A stretch of 61,453 nucleotides of DNA from Micrococcales bacterium (GCA_041303805.1 JBFYOM010000001.1:1-61453), one strand, 5' to 3'. Shown: positions 29,559-42,321, counted from the first letter of the stretch. Notes: a model not told the origin generated them from the letters alone. Numbers and translations are program-made.

Positions 29559-30412
29559 TGCTGCTCTCCGAGCTTCTAACTCGGGGTTCTGAACTTTTGC
29601 GTCAGGCCGGCATCGAATCGGCTGAAGTTGATGCGCAGCTAATAGCCGCGCACGTCCTAGGAATTTCGCGGGGAGAACTGCAGTCGAAACTTTTCACCAA
29701 CGACGAACTCTCCGAAGAACTTTCGGAATCAATAACGGACAAATTGCAAAAGCGTAGCGAACGCATTCCTCTTCAGCACCTAACCGGAATTGCCTATTTC
29801 AGAAACCTTGAGTTGTTCGTGGGGCCAGGTGTGTTCGTTCCAAGGCCCGAAACCGAAGTCGTGGCGCAATTCGCAATTACAGCACTCAAAGAAATTCCCA
29901 GCGAGCCAATCGCGGTGGACCTTTGCACCGGCTCCGGAGCCATCGCGATTTCAATCGCCACCGAGGTTCCAAACTCGAAGGTTTACGCCTGGGAACTCAA
30001 TCCCGAGTCCGAACCTTGGCTTCTGAAAAACATTCGAGACAATGTTGAGTTAGTTATGGCCGACATTGCGGCTGATCACAGACTCTTCGCCGAGTTAGAC
30101 GGAATCGTGGACGTCGTTATTTCAAACCCGCCATACATTCCAACCGACGCAGTGCCGAGAGATCCGGAAGTGCGACTGCACGACCCAAGCCTCGCCCTCT
30201 ACGGGGGAGTGGACGGCATGGACATCATGCGCGTTGTGAGTAGACGAGCATTGCAACTTTTGAAACCCGGCGGATTGCTTGTGGTTGAACACGCAGATAA
30301 CCAAGCCCAAATCGTGGCAGACTTATTCAAAGCGGATGGTTGGAAAGAGATTGAAAGCCATCAAGATCTGAGTTCAAGAGACCGTGCGGTCACCGCACGA
30401 AAAGCCGTTTAG
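29558..30412 (+). CDS. prmC: Release factor glutamine methyltransferase
   Basis: PRPETE, DLCTGSG, NPPY; follows prfA. Confidence 0.95.
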   Translation: MLLSELLTRGSELLRQAGIESAEVDAQLIAAHVLGISRGELQSKLFTNDELSEELSESITDKLQKRSERIPLQHLTGIAYFRNLELFVGPGVFVPRPETEVVAQFAITALKEIPSEPIAVDLCTGSGAIAISIATEVPNSKVYAWELNPESEPWLLKNIRDNVELVMADIAADHRLFAELDGIVDVVISNPPYIPTDAVPRDPEVRLHDPSLALYGGVDGMDIMRVVSRRALQLLKPGGLLVVEHADNQAQIVADLFKADGWKEIESHQDLSSRDRAVTARKAV

Positions 30413-30422
30413 GAGGGTGAAA

Positions 30423-31073
30423 ATGCGTTTCGACATTTCAGTCACCAACGAACTTCTCGAGGGTATGCGGCAGGCAAAACAGACCATCGGTCGCGCTGGA
30501 CTAATAGTTCTACCCACCGACACCGTTTACGGAATCGGCTGCGACGCGTTTTCAGCTTTTGCCGTTAACTCCCTCCTAGAAGCCAAGGGTCGCGGACGGC
30601 AGTCTCCTCCACCAGTTTTGATTCCTAGCCTCGATACCCTCAGGGCTTTAGCTGATAACCCACCACAGGTTGTCTACACCCTCGCCGACAAGTTTTGGCC
30701 TGGTGCGCTAACCATGATTGTTCGTGCGCAGCCGAGCTTGAGTTGGGACTTAGGCGAGACCAAAGGAACCGTTGCCCTGCGTATTCCAAATCAAGACTTC
30801 ACTTTGGCGCTACTCAAGGACGTTGGGCCGCTAGCCGTCTCAAGCGCCAACCTCACCGGGCAAGAACCGGCCAACGACATCACTGCTGCCGAAGGCTTCT
30901 TTGAAGACAAGGTCGGCGTTTACCTCGATGCCGGGCCGGCCAAGGGAAACATTCCTTCAACCATCGTTGACCTAACCGAAGATGGCAAGGTAAAGGTCGT
31001 GAGGCTAGGGGCCATTTCGGTTGCAGCACTCAAGAAGTGCGTCGGAAAAGAATTCGAAGTGGTGGCTGTTTAG
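30423..31073 (+). CDS. tsaC: L-threonylcarbamoyladenylate synthase (Sua5/YrdC)
   Basis: PTDTVYG, KGR, WPGALT, SSAN, PSTIVD; AGGAGG SD before ATG 30423. Confidence 0.93.
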   Translation: MRFDISVTNELLEGMRQAKQTIGRAGLIVLPTDTVYGIGCDAFSAFAVNSLLEAKGRGRQSPPPVLIPSLDTLRALADNPPQVVYTLADKFWPGALTMIVRAQPSLSWDLGETKGTVALRIPNQDFTLALLKDVGPLAVSSANLTGQEPANDITAAEGFFEDKVGVYLDAGPAKGNIPSTIVDLTEDGKVKVVRLGAISVAALKKCVGKEFEVVAV

Positions 31074-32185
31074 TGCGCGCTTACCTTTTGATGATTGCAA
31101 TTTCCGCTCTCGTCACTTATGTCGCCACCCACTTTGTTTTGAAGTACACGCTCAAGCACAAGATCTATCCTGAGATTCGCGGCCGTGATTCACACTCCGT
31201 TCCAACGCCTCGACTTGGCGGGCTTGGAATGTTTGCGGGATTTTTGGTTTCAATGGCGATCGCCGCAAGTCTCGGTTGGTTCCAGTCGGTATTTGTTCAA
31301 GGTGGTCCGATTCTCGGAGTCTTGATCGCGGCCAGTATCATGGCCATTCTGGGAGCTCTCGACGACGTCTACGATCTTGATTGGACACTGAAGTTGGCCG
31401 GCCAGTTTGTGGCTGCTGGGATCTTGGCTTGGCAGGGTGTGCAGATTGTTTCGCTACCTATCGGTGGTCTCACCATTGGCTCTTTCGGAATGTCTTTTGT
31501 GGTCTCGGTTTTCCTAACGGTGTTGATCATGAACGCGGTCAACTTCATCGATGGTCTTGACGGTTTGGTTGCCGGAGTCGTTCTAATTGGCACCGGAACC
31601 TTCTTCGTTTACAGTTACCTCTTGGCGCAGCAAACCACGCCGAGCAACTACTTCAGCTTGGCGTCTCTAATCTCAGCAATTGTCATCGGCATGTGCTTGG
31701 GGTTCTTGCCGCACAACTGGCGCCCGGCCAAGATCTTCATGGGCGACTCGGGTGCCTTGCTATTGGGTTTACTTATGACCACTTCGGCTCTTTCGGTTAC
31801 TGGCCAGCTTGACCCTGCCTTTATCTCTCAGGCAAACCTGGTACCAGCCTTCTTGCCGATGATCCTGCCGCTCGGAATTTTGGTACTCCCGCTGCTCGAC
31901 TTCACGCTTGCAGTGCTCAGACGTTTGCGTGCCGGTAAGTCTCCCTTTGCTGCAGACCGCCAGCACATTCACCACCGACTTCAAGACTTCGGTCACGGGC
32001 ATCTCGGTTCGGTTTTCGTCTTTTATGCTTGGACGCTGCTGATTTCTGCAACCTGTCTGCTTTTGTTCCTAGCCCCAATTGAATGGGCATTTGCTTTTGG
32101 CAGCATCGGAGCTGTTCTGGCATTCACCTACACGCTTTGGCCACTCCTGGTCAGAAAGTTCAACCAAAGACAGGCGGTTAAATAA
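31073..32185 (+). CDS. wecA: MraY/WecA-family polyprenyl-phosphate GlcNAc-1-P transferase
   Basis: PRLGG, GALDD, NAVNFIDGLDGL, FMGDSG, DRQHIHHRL; GTG overlaps the tsaC stop. Confidence 0.85.
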   Translation: MRAYLLMIAISALVTYVATHFVLKYTLKHKIYPEIRGRDSHSVPTPRLGGLGMFAGFLVSMAIAASLGWFQSVFVQGGPILGVLIAASIMAILGALDDVYDLDWTLKLAGQFVAAGILAWQGVQIVSLPIGGLTIGSFGMSFVVSVFLTVLIMNAVNFIDGLDGLVAGVVLIGTGTFFVYSYLLAQQTTPSNYFSLASLISAIVIGMCLGFLPHNWRPAKIFMGDSGALLLGLLMTTSALSVTGQLDPAFISQANLVPAFLPMILPLGILVLPLLDFTLAVLRRLRAGKSPFAADRQHIHHRLQDFGHGHLGSVFVFYAWTLLISATCLLLFLAPIEWAFAFGSIGAVLAFTYTLWPLLVRKFNQRQAVK

Positions 32186-32589
32186 TGCAATTCGACAACG
32201 CTCAAACAGTGTTCACCAAAGTTCTAAAGATGGGGAGCTTACTGATCGCGAGTATTGCGGTGGTCGGTGCCGGTCTTTCTTTCGTCTTCGCGGGTGCTCC
32301 AGGTTTCTTTGGTGCCCTTATCGGTGCGGGAATCGCCTTGGTCTTTGTTAGCTTTACGGCACTGTCAGTGCTGCTAGGAGGCAAGCTAAGCCTCGGTGGT
32401 TTCTACGCCGTCGTGCTTGGGGGATGGCTACTCAAGATCATTTTGTTCATCGGTCTCTTAGTCGTACTTAGGGATGTAGAAGGGCTCAATCGAGTAGCGC
32501 TATTCGTCACTCTTGTGGCCTCCGTCCTCGGTTCGCTGGCCGTAGACGCCTATGTTGCAACCAAGGCAAGAATTCCTGCCGTTTCTTAG
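32185..32589 (+). CDS. Four-TM membrane protein, AtpI-like
   Basis: Four hydrophobic helices, WLLKI motif, immediately upstream of atpB. Confidence 0.7.
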   Translation: MQFDNAQTVFTKVLKMGSLLIASIAVVGAGLSFVFAGAPGFFGALIGAGIALVFVSFTALSVLLGGKLSLGGFYAVVLGGWLLKIILFIGLLVVLRDVEGLNRVALFVTLVASVLGSLAVDAYVATKARIPAVS

Positions 32590-32668
32590 CCAAAACTGCA
32601 AGAGGCGCCAAAGTTTTCTTGTTAGAATTTAGTCGTCTCCAGCAAAGCCGCCGACACAGGAGTTTGTT

Positions 32669-33511
32669 CTGTTTAATCTAAACCCTCTGGTTCTATCAAC
32701 TGAGTCTTCAGGCTCGGATGACGGCTTTCACGCTCCCACAATCGGTGAGTTCTTTCCAGAGGCGATTCTTTTTGAAGGCACCCCATTTGAACTAAACCGA
32801 ATCATGATGATTCGTCTTTTAGTTCTAACGGTTATCATCGTGCTTTTCACCCTTTGGACGGGGTCGTTCAAGAAGGCCTACAAGACCGGTCAGGTCGTCC
32901 CAAGCCGCTTCCAACTTATGGGTGAAATCTCTCTCAACTTTGTGCGAACCAGCATCGCTCACGAGCAGCTTGGAAAGAAGGACGGCGACCGCTTCCTGCC
33001 ACTTCTAACCACAATCTTCTTCACCGTGCTCGGCATGAATATCACTGGAATTGTTCCGTTCCTAAATATTTCGGGAACCTCGGTGATTGGCCTTCCGCTC
33101 ATCTTGGCTGCAGCCGCTTACGTGACCTTCATCTATGCCGGTATCAAAAAGCACGGATTGAAGTTCTTCTCGAACGCTCTTTTCCCGGCCGGAGTTCCGG
33201 TGTATTTCTACACCCTGGTCACTCCGATTGAATTCCTGTCTACGTTCATCCTTCGCCCAGTGACTCTGGCTCTTCGACTGATGATGAACATGATCGCCGG
33301 GCACCTTCTTTTGGTGCTTTGTTTCTCGGCAACGCACTTCTTCTTCCTGTCATCCCAAGTAGACGGCGTCATGCGTCTATTTGGTGCGGGAACGTTCTTG
33401 TTCGGTTTCGCCTTCACTCTCTTCGAGATTTTGGTGTCGTTCCTGCAAGCATATGTATTTACTCTTCTGACCACGGTCTACATTCAGTTGGCCATGGCAG
33501 ATGAGCACTAG
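32669..33511 (+). CDS. atpB: ATP synthase F0 subunit a (probable CTG start at 32669)
   Basis: RPVTLALRLMMNMIAGH, LQAYVF. Frame is open 45 codons upstream of ATG 32804, with AGGAG SD 6 nt before the CTG. Confidence 0.92.
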   Translation: MFNLNPLVLSTESSGSDDGFHAPTIGEFFPEAILFEGTPFELNRIMMIRLLVLTVIIVLFTLWTGSFKKAYKTGQVVPSRFQLMGEISLNFVRTSIAHEQLGKKDGDRFLPLLTTIFFTVLGMNITGIVPFLNISGTSVIGLPLILAAAAYVTFIYAGIKKHGLKFFSNALFPAGVPVYFYTLVTPIEFLSTFILRPVTLALRLMMNMIAGHLLLVLCFSATHFFFLSSQVDGVMRLFGAGTFLFGFAFTLFEILVSFLQAYVFTLLTTVYIQLAMADEH

Positions 33512-33528
33512 AAGCTAACGCCCGTTAG

Positions 33529-34362
<834 letters not shown>

Positions 34363-34363
<1 letters not shown>

Positions 34364-35166
34364 TGGCAAGTTCAACCCGTCAGGCCATGGTCTTAGCGAA
34401 GGAAGCACTCGCTCCTTCGCTAGGTAAGGCTGACCTCAAGTTCGCTGAAGAGATCTTCGGCATGGGTGCAGCCATTGGCTCATCGGTGCAGTTGCGAAAC
34501 ATTCTCTCGGACCCTTCCGGAGAGAAGAAGGCTAAAGTCGGCGCACTGCAAGCAGTGTTCGGCAAGTCGGTCTCTAAAGAGGCGCTTGAGTTCGCTACCA
34601 CCCTTTCGGGTTACCGCTGGTCGAAGGGTGGAGACCTAGTTTCCGCTTTCACCCAGCTCGGTGTTTTCACCGTTGCCGGCATTGTGGCCAAGGACAAGAA
34701 GTTGGAAGACCTGGAGGCAGAACTGTTCGCTTTCAACCAGGCTCTGGCTTCTGACCGCGACCTACAGACCGCCTTCTCTTCACGCCAGGCTTCGCTCGAC
34801 GCGAAACTTGCTCTGATTGACGTGCTAACCAACAAGAAGGTCAGCGAAGCTGCCACAATCCTTTTGCGTAACGCGGTAATCAATGCTCGCAACGTGCGCC
34901 TTGCCGTAATGCTCGATGGATTCATCAAGCAGGTTTCGGCTTACGCTAAGCGTCTGGTTGCCAACGTAACCGTGGCCGCCGAACTTTCAACGAGCCAGCT
35001 CGAGAAACTTGAGCAGCTACTTGCAAAAACTTACGGTCAGGAAATCAACCTGAACGTAGAAATCGACCCAAGCATCCTCGGTGGTGTGAAGGTTCAGGTT
35101 TCAGGACAAATCATCGACGGCAGCGTTGCTGCTCGTCTAAACCAAGCCAAGATGCAGCTCGCCTAG
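34363..35166 (+). CDS. atpH: ATP synthase F1 subunit delta
   Basis: IDPSILGGVKV..IIDGSV; actinobacterial long form. Confidence 0.94.
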
Positions 35167-35196
35167 AGCTAAACCTAAGAAAAAGAGGAACACGAG

Positions 35197-36834
35197 ATGG
35201 CAGATCTAAAGATTAGCCCGAACGAGATTCGCGATGCCCTAAAGGGTTTCGTCAACTCTTACGAAGCTGACAAAGCCAGTCGCACCGAGGTCGGTCACGT
35301 AATCGACGCCGGTGACGGTATTGCTCACGTCGAAGGCCTGCCAAGCGCAATGGCCAACGAGCTACTAAAGTTTGCCGATGGCACGCTAGGTCTAGCTCTA
35401 AACCTCGACGAGCGCGAGATTGGTACCGTTGTCCTCGGTAACTTCGAAGGCATCGAAGAGGGTATGGAAGTTCACCGCACCGGTGAAGTTCTCTCGGTAC
35501 CAGTCGGCGACAAGTTCCTCGGCCGCGTGGTTGACCCACTGGGTAACCCAATCGACGGTCTAGGTGAGATCAAGGCTGAAGCCCGCCGCGCCCTAGAACT
35601 TCAGGCACCAGGCGTTATGGCCCGTAAGTCTGTTCACGAACCACTTCAAACCGGCATCAAGGCAATCGATGCCATGATTCCCGTTGGTCGCGGTCAGCGC
35701 CAGCTAATCATTGGTGACCGTCAGACCGGTAAGACTGCCATCGCCGTTGACACCATCATCAACCAGAAGGCCAACTGGGCTTCAAAGGACCCGAAGAAGC
35801 AGGTTCGCTGCATCTACGTGGCAATCGGTCAGAAGGGTTCGACCATTGCCGCTGTAAAGGGCGCTTTGGAAGAAGCGGGAGCAATGGAGTACACCACCAT
35901 CGTGGCTTCTCCAGCATCCGACCCAGCCGGATTCAAGTACCTAGCTCCTTACACCGGTTCGGCCATTGGTCAGCACTGGATGTATGGCGGCAAGCACGTT
36001 CTAATCATTTTTGATGACCTATCGAAGCAGGCCGAGGCTTACCGTGCCGTTTCGCTACTACTGCGCCGTCCACCAGGCCGCGAGGCTTACCCAGGTGACG
36101 TCTTCTACCTACACTCCCGTCTACTTGAGCGTTGTGCCAAGCTAAACGACGAGCTAGGTGGCGGTTCGATGACCGGTCTACCAATCATCGAAACCAAGGC
36201 AAACGACGTTTCGGCTTACATCCCAACCAACGTGATCTCGATCACCGACGGTCAGATCTTCCTTCAGTCGGACCTCTTCAACTCGAACCAGCGCCCAGCT
36301 ATCGACGTGGGTATCTCGGTTTCGCGTGTAGGTGGTGCAGCTCAGGTCAAGGGCATCAAGGGTGTATCAGGTACCTTGAAGCTAGAACTAGCTCAGTACC
36401 GTTCGCTAGAAGCCTTCGCAATGTTCGCCTCCGACCTAGATGCAGCGTCACGCCAGCAGCTAGCCCGTGGTGCGCGACTTATGGAACTTCTAAAGCAGCC
36501 ACAGTACTCGCCTTACCCAGTGGAAGACCAGACCGTTTCGATCTGGGCAGGTACCACCGGAAAGCTCGACGAAGTTCCAGTCGAAGACGTCCTACGTTTT
36601 GAAAAGGAACTACTTGAGCACCTAAAGCGCAACACCAAGGTTCTGGACACCATTCGTGAGACCAACAACCTAACCGACGACACCAAGGCAGAACTTGAGA
36701 AGGCTGTTACAACCTTCAAGAAGTCCTTCCAGACCAAGGGTGGTCAGCCACTGCACACTTCGGCAAAAGAGGAAGCTCTAGCGCCTGAAGAAGTTGAGCA
36801 GGAAAAGATCGTCAAGCAGAAGCGCAAGAAGTAA
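35197..36834 (+). CDS. atpA: ATP synthase F1 subunit alpha
   Basis: [31 protein letters not shown]. Confidence 0.98.
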   Translation: MADLKISPNEIRDALKGFVNSYEADKASRTEVGHVIDAGDGIAHVEGLPSAMANELLKFADGTLGLALNLDEREIGTVVLGNFEGIEEGMEVHRTGEVLSVPVGDKFLGRVVDPLGNPIDGLGEIKAEARRALELQAPGVMARKSVHEPLQTGIKAIDAMIPVGRGQRQLIIGDRQTGKTAIAVDTIINQKANWASKDPKKQVRCIYVAIGQKGSTIAAVKGALEEAGAMEYTTIVASPASDPAGFKYLAPYTGSAIGQHWMYGGKHVLIIFDDLSKQAEAYRAVSLLLRRPPGREAYPGDVFYLHSRLLERCAKLNDELGGGSMTGLPIIETKANDVSAYIPTNVISITDGQIFLQSDLFNSNQRPAIDVGISVSRVGGAAQVKGIKGVSGTLKLELAQYRSLEAFAMFASDLDAASRQQLARGARLMELLKQPQYSPYPVEDQTVSIWAGTTGKLDEVPVEDVLRFEKELLEHLKRNTKVLDTIRETNNLTDDTKAELEKAVTTFKKSFQTKGGQPLHTSAKEEALAPEEVEQEKIVKQKRKK

Positions 36835-36863
36835 TTCAAGAGAAGTAAGAGAACAGGTATCTA

Positions 36864-37769
36864 ATGGGAGCGCAACTTCGCGTCTATAGGCAGAAAATAA
36901 AGTCTGCCCAGACGACAAAGAAGATCACTCGCGCCATGGAGTTGATTTCGGCTTCGCGAATCGCGAAGGCGCAGGCACGCGTGGCTGCTTCGGCACCTTA
37001 CTCGCGCGCTGTAACTCGTGCGGTTTCGGCCGTAGCTACCTACTCAAACATCGACCACCCACTAACCACCGAGCCAGCCAAGATTGAACGCGCCGCGGTA
37101 GTTATCTTCACCTCAGACCGTGGTTTAGCAGGTGCTTTCTCTTCAAACGTTTTGAAGGAAGCCGAAGCCCTAACCAACAAGCTGACTGAAGAGGGCAAGT
37201 CGGTCGTTTACTTCCTGGTTGGTCGCAAGGCCGTGAGCAACTTTGGTTTCCGTCGTCGCACCGCTGAAAAGCAGTGGATTGGTGGCACCGACCTACCTCA
37301 GGTTGAGACCGCTAAGGAAATCGCTGACACCATCCTGGAGTACTTCAACCGCGAAGCTGCCGAAGGCGGAGTAGACGAAATCCACGTGATCTTCAACCGC
37401 TTCGTTTCGATGATCAGCCAAGAGCCAGAGACCATCCGTCTACTTCCTCTAGAGGTTGTTGAGGGTGAAGAAGCTCCAGCATCAGACGACGTCTTCCCGC
37501 TCTACGAATTCGAGCCAGACGCTGGCAAGGTGCTCGACGCACTGCTACCGGTCTACATCGAAAGCAAAATCTTCAACGCCATGCTGCAGTCGGCTGCTTC
37601 CGAGCACGCTGCCCGTCAGAAGGCAATGAAGTCGGCAACCGACAACGCCGACAAGCTAATCAAGAATTACACCCGACTATCGAACCAGGCTCGTCAGTCG
37701 GAAATTACCCAGCAGATTTCCGAAATCGTTGGTGGCGCGGACGCACTTGCCACCGTCGAAGAAGATTAA
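36864..37769 (+). CDS. atpG: ATP synthase F1 subunit gamma
   Basis: [33 protein letters not shown]. Confidence 0.97.
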   Translation: MGAQLRVYRQKIKSAQTTKKITRAMELISASRIAKAQARVAASAPYSRAVTRAVSAVATYSNIDHPLTTEPAKIERAAVVIFTSDRGLAGAFSSNVLKEAEALTNKLTEEGKSVVYFLVGRKAVSNFGFRRRTAEKQWIGGTDLPQVETAKEIADTILEYFNREAAEGGVDEIHVIFNRFVSMISQEPETIRLLPLEVVEGEEAPASDDVFPLYEFEPDAGKVLDALLPVYIESKIFNAMLQSAASEHAARQKAMKSATDNADKLIKNYTRLSNQARQSEITQQISEIVGGADALATVEED

Positions 37770-39239
<1,470 letters not shown>

Positions 39240-39241
39240 TA

Positions 39242-39508
39242 ATGTCGGACAAAGTTCTTCGCGTCGAGCTGGTAGCAGCCGATAAAGCCGTATGGTCGGG
39301 TGAGGCCAAGATGGTCATCGCTAAGACCGTTGAAGGTGAAATCGGTCTACTCGCAGGTCACGAGCCGATGCTCGCGATCCTTTCGAGCGGTGAAGTTCGC
39401 ATTACCTTGCCAGAAGGCGACAAGCTTATTGCTAACGCAGAAGACGGTTTTCTCTCGGTGGAGCACGACGTAGTCACGATTGTGGCTCGAAATGCCGAAC
39501 TGGTCTAA
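39242..39508 (+). CDS. atpC: ATP synthase F1 subunit epsilon (short form)
   Basis: GEIGLLAGHEP; 88 aa with no C-terminal helical hairpin. Confidence 0.94.
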   Translation: MSDKVLRVELVAADKAVWSGEAKMVIAKTVEGEIGLLAGHEPMLAILSSGEVRITLPEGDKLIANAEDGFLSVEHDVVTIVARNAELV

Positions 39509-39524
39509 CTAGAGCAAAAAAGTA

Positions 39525-39552
39525 AAAACCCCGTCAGTCTTGGCGGGGTTTT
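39525..39552. terminator. Bidirectional intrinsic terminator after the atp operon
   Basis: AAAACCCCGTCA-gtct-TGGCGGGGTTTT, flanked by A and T tracts. Confidence 0.85.
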
Positions 39553-39776
39553 CTTTTACCTTCGCTGCCGGCCTGTTTCCTGGCTCGACCTTGCTCTTCA
39601 ACAATCACTGCGGCATCTTTTGCAGATGGCTGGTAAAACTCGTTGAATGCGCCAAGCGCTCCGGAAAGTGCACCGGAGGTGCGTTTGCGATTGGGGTTTG
39701 GATCACGCCCTGCTATGAGGATCACAAGACCCATGACGACCACAACAAGGGCTATTGCCAACAGAAACTCAAGCAT
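39534..39776 (-). CDS. Small single-TM hypothetical protein
   Basis: Hydrophobic N-terminal helix, basic linker; start overlaps the pduO stop. Confidence 0.6.
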   Translation of the reverse strand: MLEFLLAIALVVVVMGLVILIAGRDPNPNRKRTSGALSGALGAFNEFYQPSAKDAAVIVEEQGRARKQAGSEGKRKPRQD

Positions 39777-40338
39777 TGCGGCTCTCTGCCGGAACCCACT
39801 TCACATCGCCACCGTGTGAAACATTGGCAACTCGGGCTAGAACGAAAAGTAAATCAGAAAGACGGTTCAGGTACACAGCGCAAACCGCCGAGACATCAAT
39901 CCCGGCAGACAGTGCAGTCCAAACTGCACGCTCGGCACGGCGAACCACCGTTCGAGCTAGGTGCAAGCCTGCGGCTAGTCCGGAACCGCCAGGAATGATG
40001 AACGAGTCCAGGTTTGGCAGTGCAGCGTTGTATTTGTCGATTGCCTGCTCGAGGTCGGAAACCCAAGCTTCAGAAACTCGAAGCCCACCAGTGCCAGGAG
40101 TTGCCAGGTCGGCACCAATGTCGAACAAATCGTTTTGGATGCGTGCCAGCAGCGCAAGTATTTCTGGGGAGAACTCACCCTGAGCCAGTGCCACAGCCAC
40201 CCCAATGGCGGAGTTTGCCTCATCCACATCTGCGTAAGCCTCAATGCGAGCATCGGTTTTCGCTACTCGAGAGTTATCGCCGAGCGCGGTGAAACCTTCG
40301 TCGCCGGTTTTTGTGTAGATCTTGGTGAGTTTGACCAT
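39769..40338 (-). CDS. pduO: ATP:cob(I)alamin adenosyltransferase (PduO type)
   Basis: KIYTKTGDEG, DVDEANS, QNDLFDIGADLA, RTVVRRAER, YLNRLSDLLF. Confidence 0.93.
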   Translation of the reverse strand: MVKLTKIYTKTGDEGFTALGDNSRVAKTDARIEAYADVDEANSAIGVAVALAQGEFSPEILALLARIQNDLFDIGADLATPGTGGLRVSEAWVSDLEQAIDKYNAALPNLDSFIIPGGSGLAAGLHLARTVVRRAERAVWTALSAGIDVSAVCAVYLNRLSDLLFVLARVANVSHGGDVKWVPAESRNA

Positions 40339-40344
40339 CTCTCA

Positions 40345-40354
40345 AGTTTAGGCT
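40345..40354. promoter_or_regulatory. Overlapping back-to-back -10 elements for pduO (TAAACT) and yaaA (TAGGCT)
   Basis: AGTTTAGGCT; each hexamer lies 6 nt from its ATG in a 22-bp spacer. Confidence 0.6.
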
Positions 40355-40360
40355 GGTTAG

Positions 40361-41056
40361 ATGTTGTTCTTATTGCCACCATCGGAATCGAAAGCCCTAG
40401 GCGGTTCCCCGCTGGGCATTGATTCGATTGCACTTATTTTCGGCGCAATGCAACCAGCACGCGACGTGGTATTTGATGCAGCGGTGAAGGCAAACCTGGT
40501 TGACCCAAAACTTCAATCGGCTCCTACTATGTGGGCAATTGACCGTTATAACGGAACCCTCTACAGTGCAATTCACGGCCGTGGCCTCAAGGGAACACCA
40601 ACCGCACATAACACTTTGACCGAGCCTGAACGCGAACGAGTCAAGGAGTCACTCTTTGTTCAATCCGCACTTTTCGGACTCATTCCAGCAAATAGCCTAA
40701 TTCCGAACTACAAGTTTTCGGCAACCTCAAAACTGCCTGGCATGAATCTCAAGAAACACTGGGCAGAGGCCCACGACGTCACCTGGAATCGGCTCGTCGG
40801 CCAGCAGATCATCGATCTGCGTTCCAAGCAATATGCCGAACTAGCACCTATCCCGGATTCTTTTGAGTCCCTAACCGTTGAGGTTTACGACATTGAGTCG
40901 GGCAAAGCCATGAATCACTTCAACAAGAAGGCTAAAGGCCAATTTGTTCGTGCTTTCCTGCAGGGGGCTGAAACCATCGAGGACATGGCAAAAGCCGCCA
41001 ACCTCAAACTCGAGATCGACGGCTCTGCCATCAAACTATTTACCGACCAGCGTTAG
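40361..41056 (+). CDS. yaaA: Peroxide stress protein YaaA (UPF0246)
   Basis: LLPPSESK, AIDRYNGTLY, SALFGL, IDLRSKQY, NHFNKKAKG. Confidence 0.88.
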   Translation: MLFLLPPSESKALGGSPLGIDSIALIFGAMQPARDVVFDAAVKANLVDPKLQSAPTMWAIDRYNGTLYSAIHGRGLKGTPTAHNTLTEPERERVKESLFVQSALFGLIPANSLIPNYKFSATSKLPGMNLKKHWAEAHDVTWNRLVGQQIIDLRSKQYAELAPIPDSFESLTVEVYDIESGKAMNHFNKKAKGQFVRAFLQGAETIEDMAKAANLKLEIDGSAIKLFTDQR

Positions 41057-42315
41057 CCTTCTTTGACCATTGGCATTACGCCTTCTTCAAGCTTTGGCAG
41101 TGCGATTACGCCGTCAACAAGTGACATTACCGCGCTAAACCAGCCATCCTGATTCTTCAGCATGTAGCCAGGTACTAGCCATGCACCGCCATTCGAGTCC
41201 CAAATCAGGAGGTGAGTCTTCTTGCTCGAGAGCAAGGTCATGGTTACCTTTTCTGGAGTTGGCTCTACGACTGGCTCTACGACTGGCTCTTCTGTAGGCT
41301 CAACCGCAGGTTCTTCGGTTGGCTCCACGGCGGGCTCTTCGGTTGGCTCTGAAGTTGGCTCGGAACCAGGCTCACTGCCGGCTTCACCTTCCTGGTTTGT
41401 CGTGGCGAGGTCACGGGACATAGTGGCCATTACGCCACCAAAGTAGCTGCTGGCAGCAGATCCGCCGTAACGCCAGTCGCCTAGGCGCTCAACTGCAGCC
41501 TTTGGAGAAACTGTGCCGTATGCGCCCTTGGCTTCAACACTGATGCTGTGACCGCTTGCTGAAACGATTTCACCGTTTGGTGCCCAAGTGACATTCCACT
41601 CAACAGCGGTGTCCTGACCGTTCACCTGCAGGTTGGCGGTTGCCATCATGCCCCAATCGCCCTTGTTGATTGAAATGGCGTCAGAAGCAACGTCTAATCC
41701 GGTTGCGACGAAGATCTCCTTAGCAGTGTCCTTGGCGCTAGCTTCGCTAGGAAGGTTGAGCTTTTCCGCATACTTGCTGTAATCGCCGAAGTACCAGTTT
41801 CCGGTACCGCTCCAATAAAGGGTTACGTTAGCTTTTTCGTAGTTGTCTTTGGTGCCAAAGAAGTAGCTGTAGGTCTTTCCTTCATCCCAGGTCTCTTTAG
41901 AAAGTTCGCCTTCAACGCCGAATCTGGTTGCCAGGCTTTCAATTAGCTGTTCTGGGGAGCCTTTAAGGTTCAAGCGGTAAACCTGGTCTGAGCCGCCATC
42001 ATTTGAGAGGTTTGGACCTGCTACGTATTCGTAGTCAATCCACATCATCATCTTGGCGTCGGCAGAAGCCTGAAGGCTTTCACTTGAGCCCTGACCCTGT
42101 CCAACTTCGAAAAGTGGACCGGAGTTTATTGGGAACACGGCAAACAGCGCGGCAGCAGCCACGGTCGCAGTGCTTAGGCCCACCAACCAAGAATTACGCT
42201 TGCTTGGTCGAGGCTTGGCAATCCCGCTAAGGATCGTGTCTTCCGAAAGGGTTGGAGCCTTGGCGCTAACCGCTTTGCGGAGTTTGTCTAAGTTTTTGTT
42301 TTCCATATCTTGCAT
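41053..42315 (-). CDS. Single-pass membrane protein with large extracytoplasmic domain, candidate anti-sigma factor
   Basis: Short basic N-terminus, one TM, starts 6 nt after the ECF sigma stop; Pro/Glu-rich repeat near the C-terminus. Confidence 0.65.
   Translation of the reverse strand: MQDMENKNLDKLRKAVSAKAPTLSEDTILSGIAKPRPSKRNSWLVGLSTATVAAAALFAVFPINSGPLFEVGQGQGSSESLQASADAKMMMWIDYEYVAGPNLSNDGGSDQVYRLNLKGSPEQLIESLATRFGVEGELSKETWDEGKTYSYFFGTKDNYEKANVTLYWSGTGNWYFGDYSKYAEKLNLPSEASAKDTAKEIFVATGLDVASDAISINKGDWGMMATANLQVNGQDTAVEWNVTWAPNGEIVSASGHSISVEAKGAYGTVSPKAAVERLGDWRYGGSAASSYFGGVMATMSRDLATTNQEGEAGSEPGSEPTSEPTEEPAVEPTEEPAVEPTEEPVVEPVVEPTPEKVTMTLLSSKKTHLLIWDSNGGAWLVPGYMLKNQDGWFSAVMSLVDGVIALPKLEEGVMPMVKEG
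41258..41375 (-). repeat. EPTEEPAV/EPVV coding tandem repeats
   Basis: Degenerate 24-nt units plus a perfect 12-nt unit GGCTCTACGACT x2.5 (41261-41290). Confidence 0.8.
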
Positions 42316-42321
42316 GTGTCG

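Noticed and set aside
41258-41375. Repeats here and at 27232-27273 as CRISPR or mobile-element repeats
   Set aside because: Both are in-frame coding low-complexity repeats with no spacers, cas genes or terminal inverted repeats.
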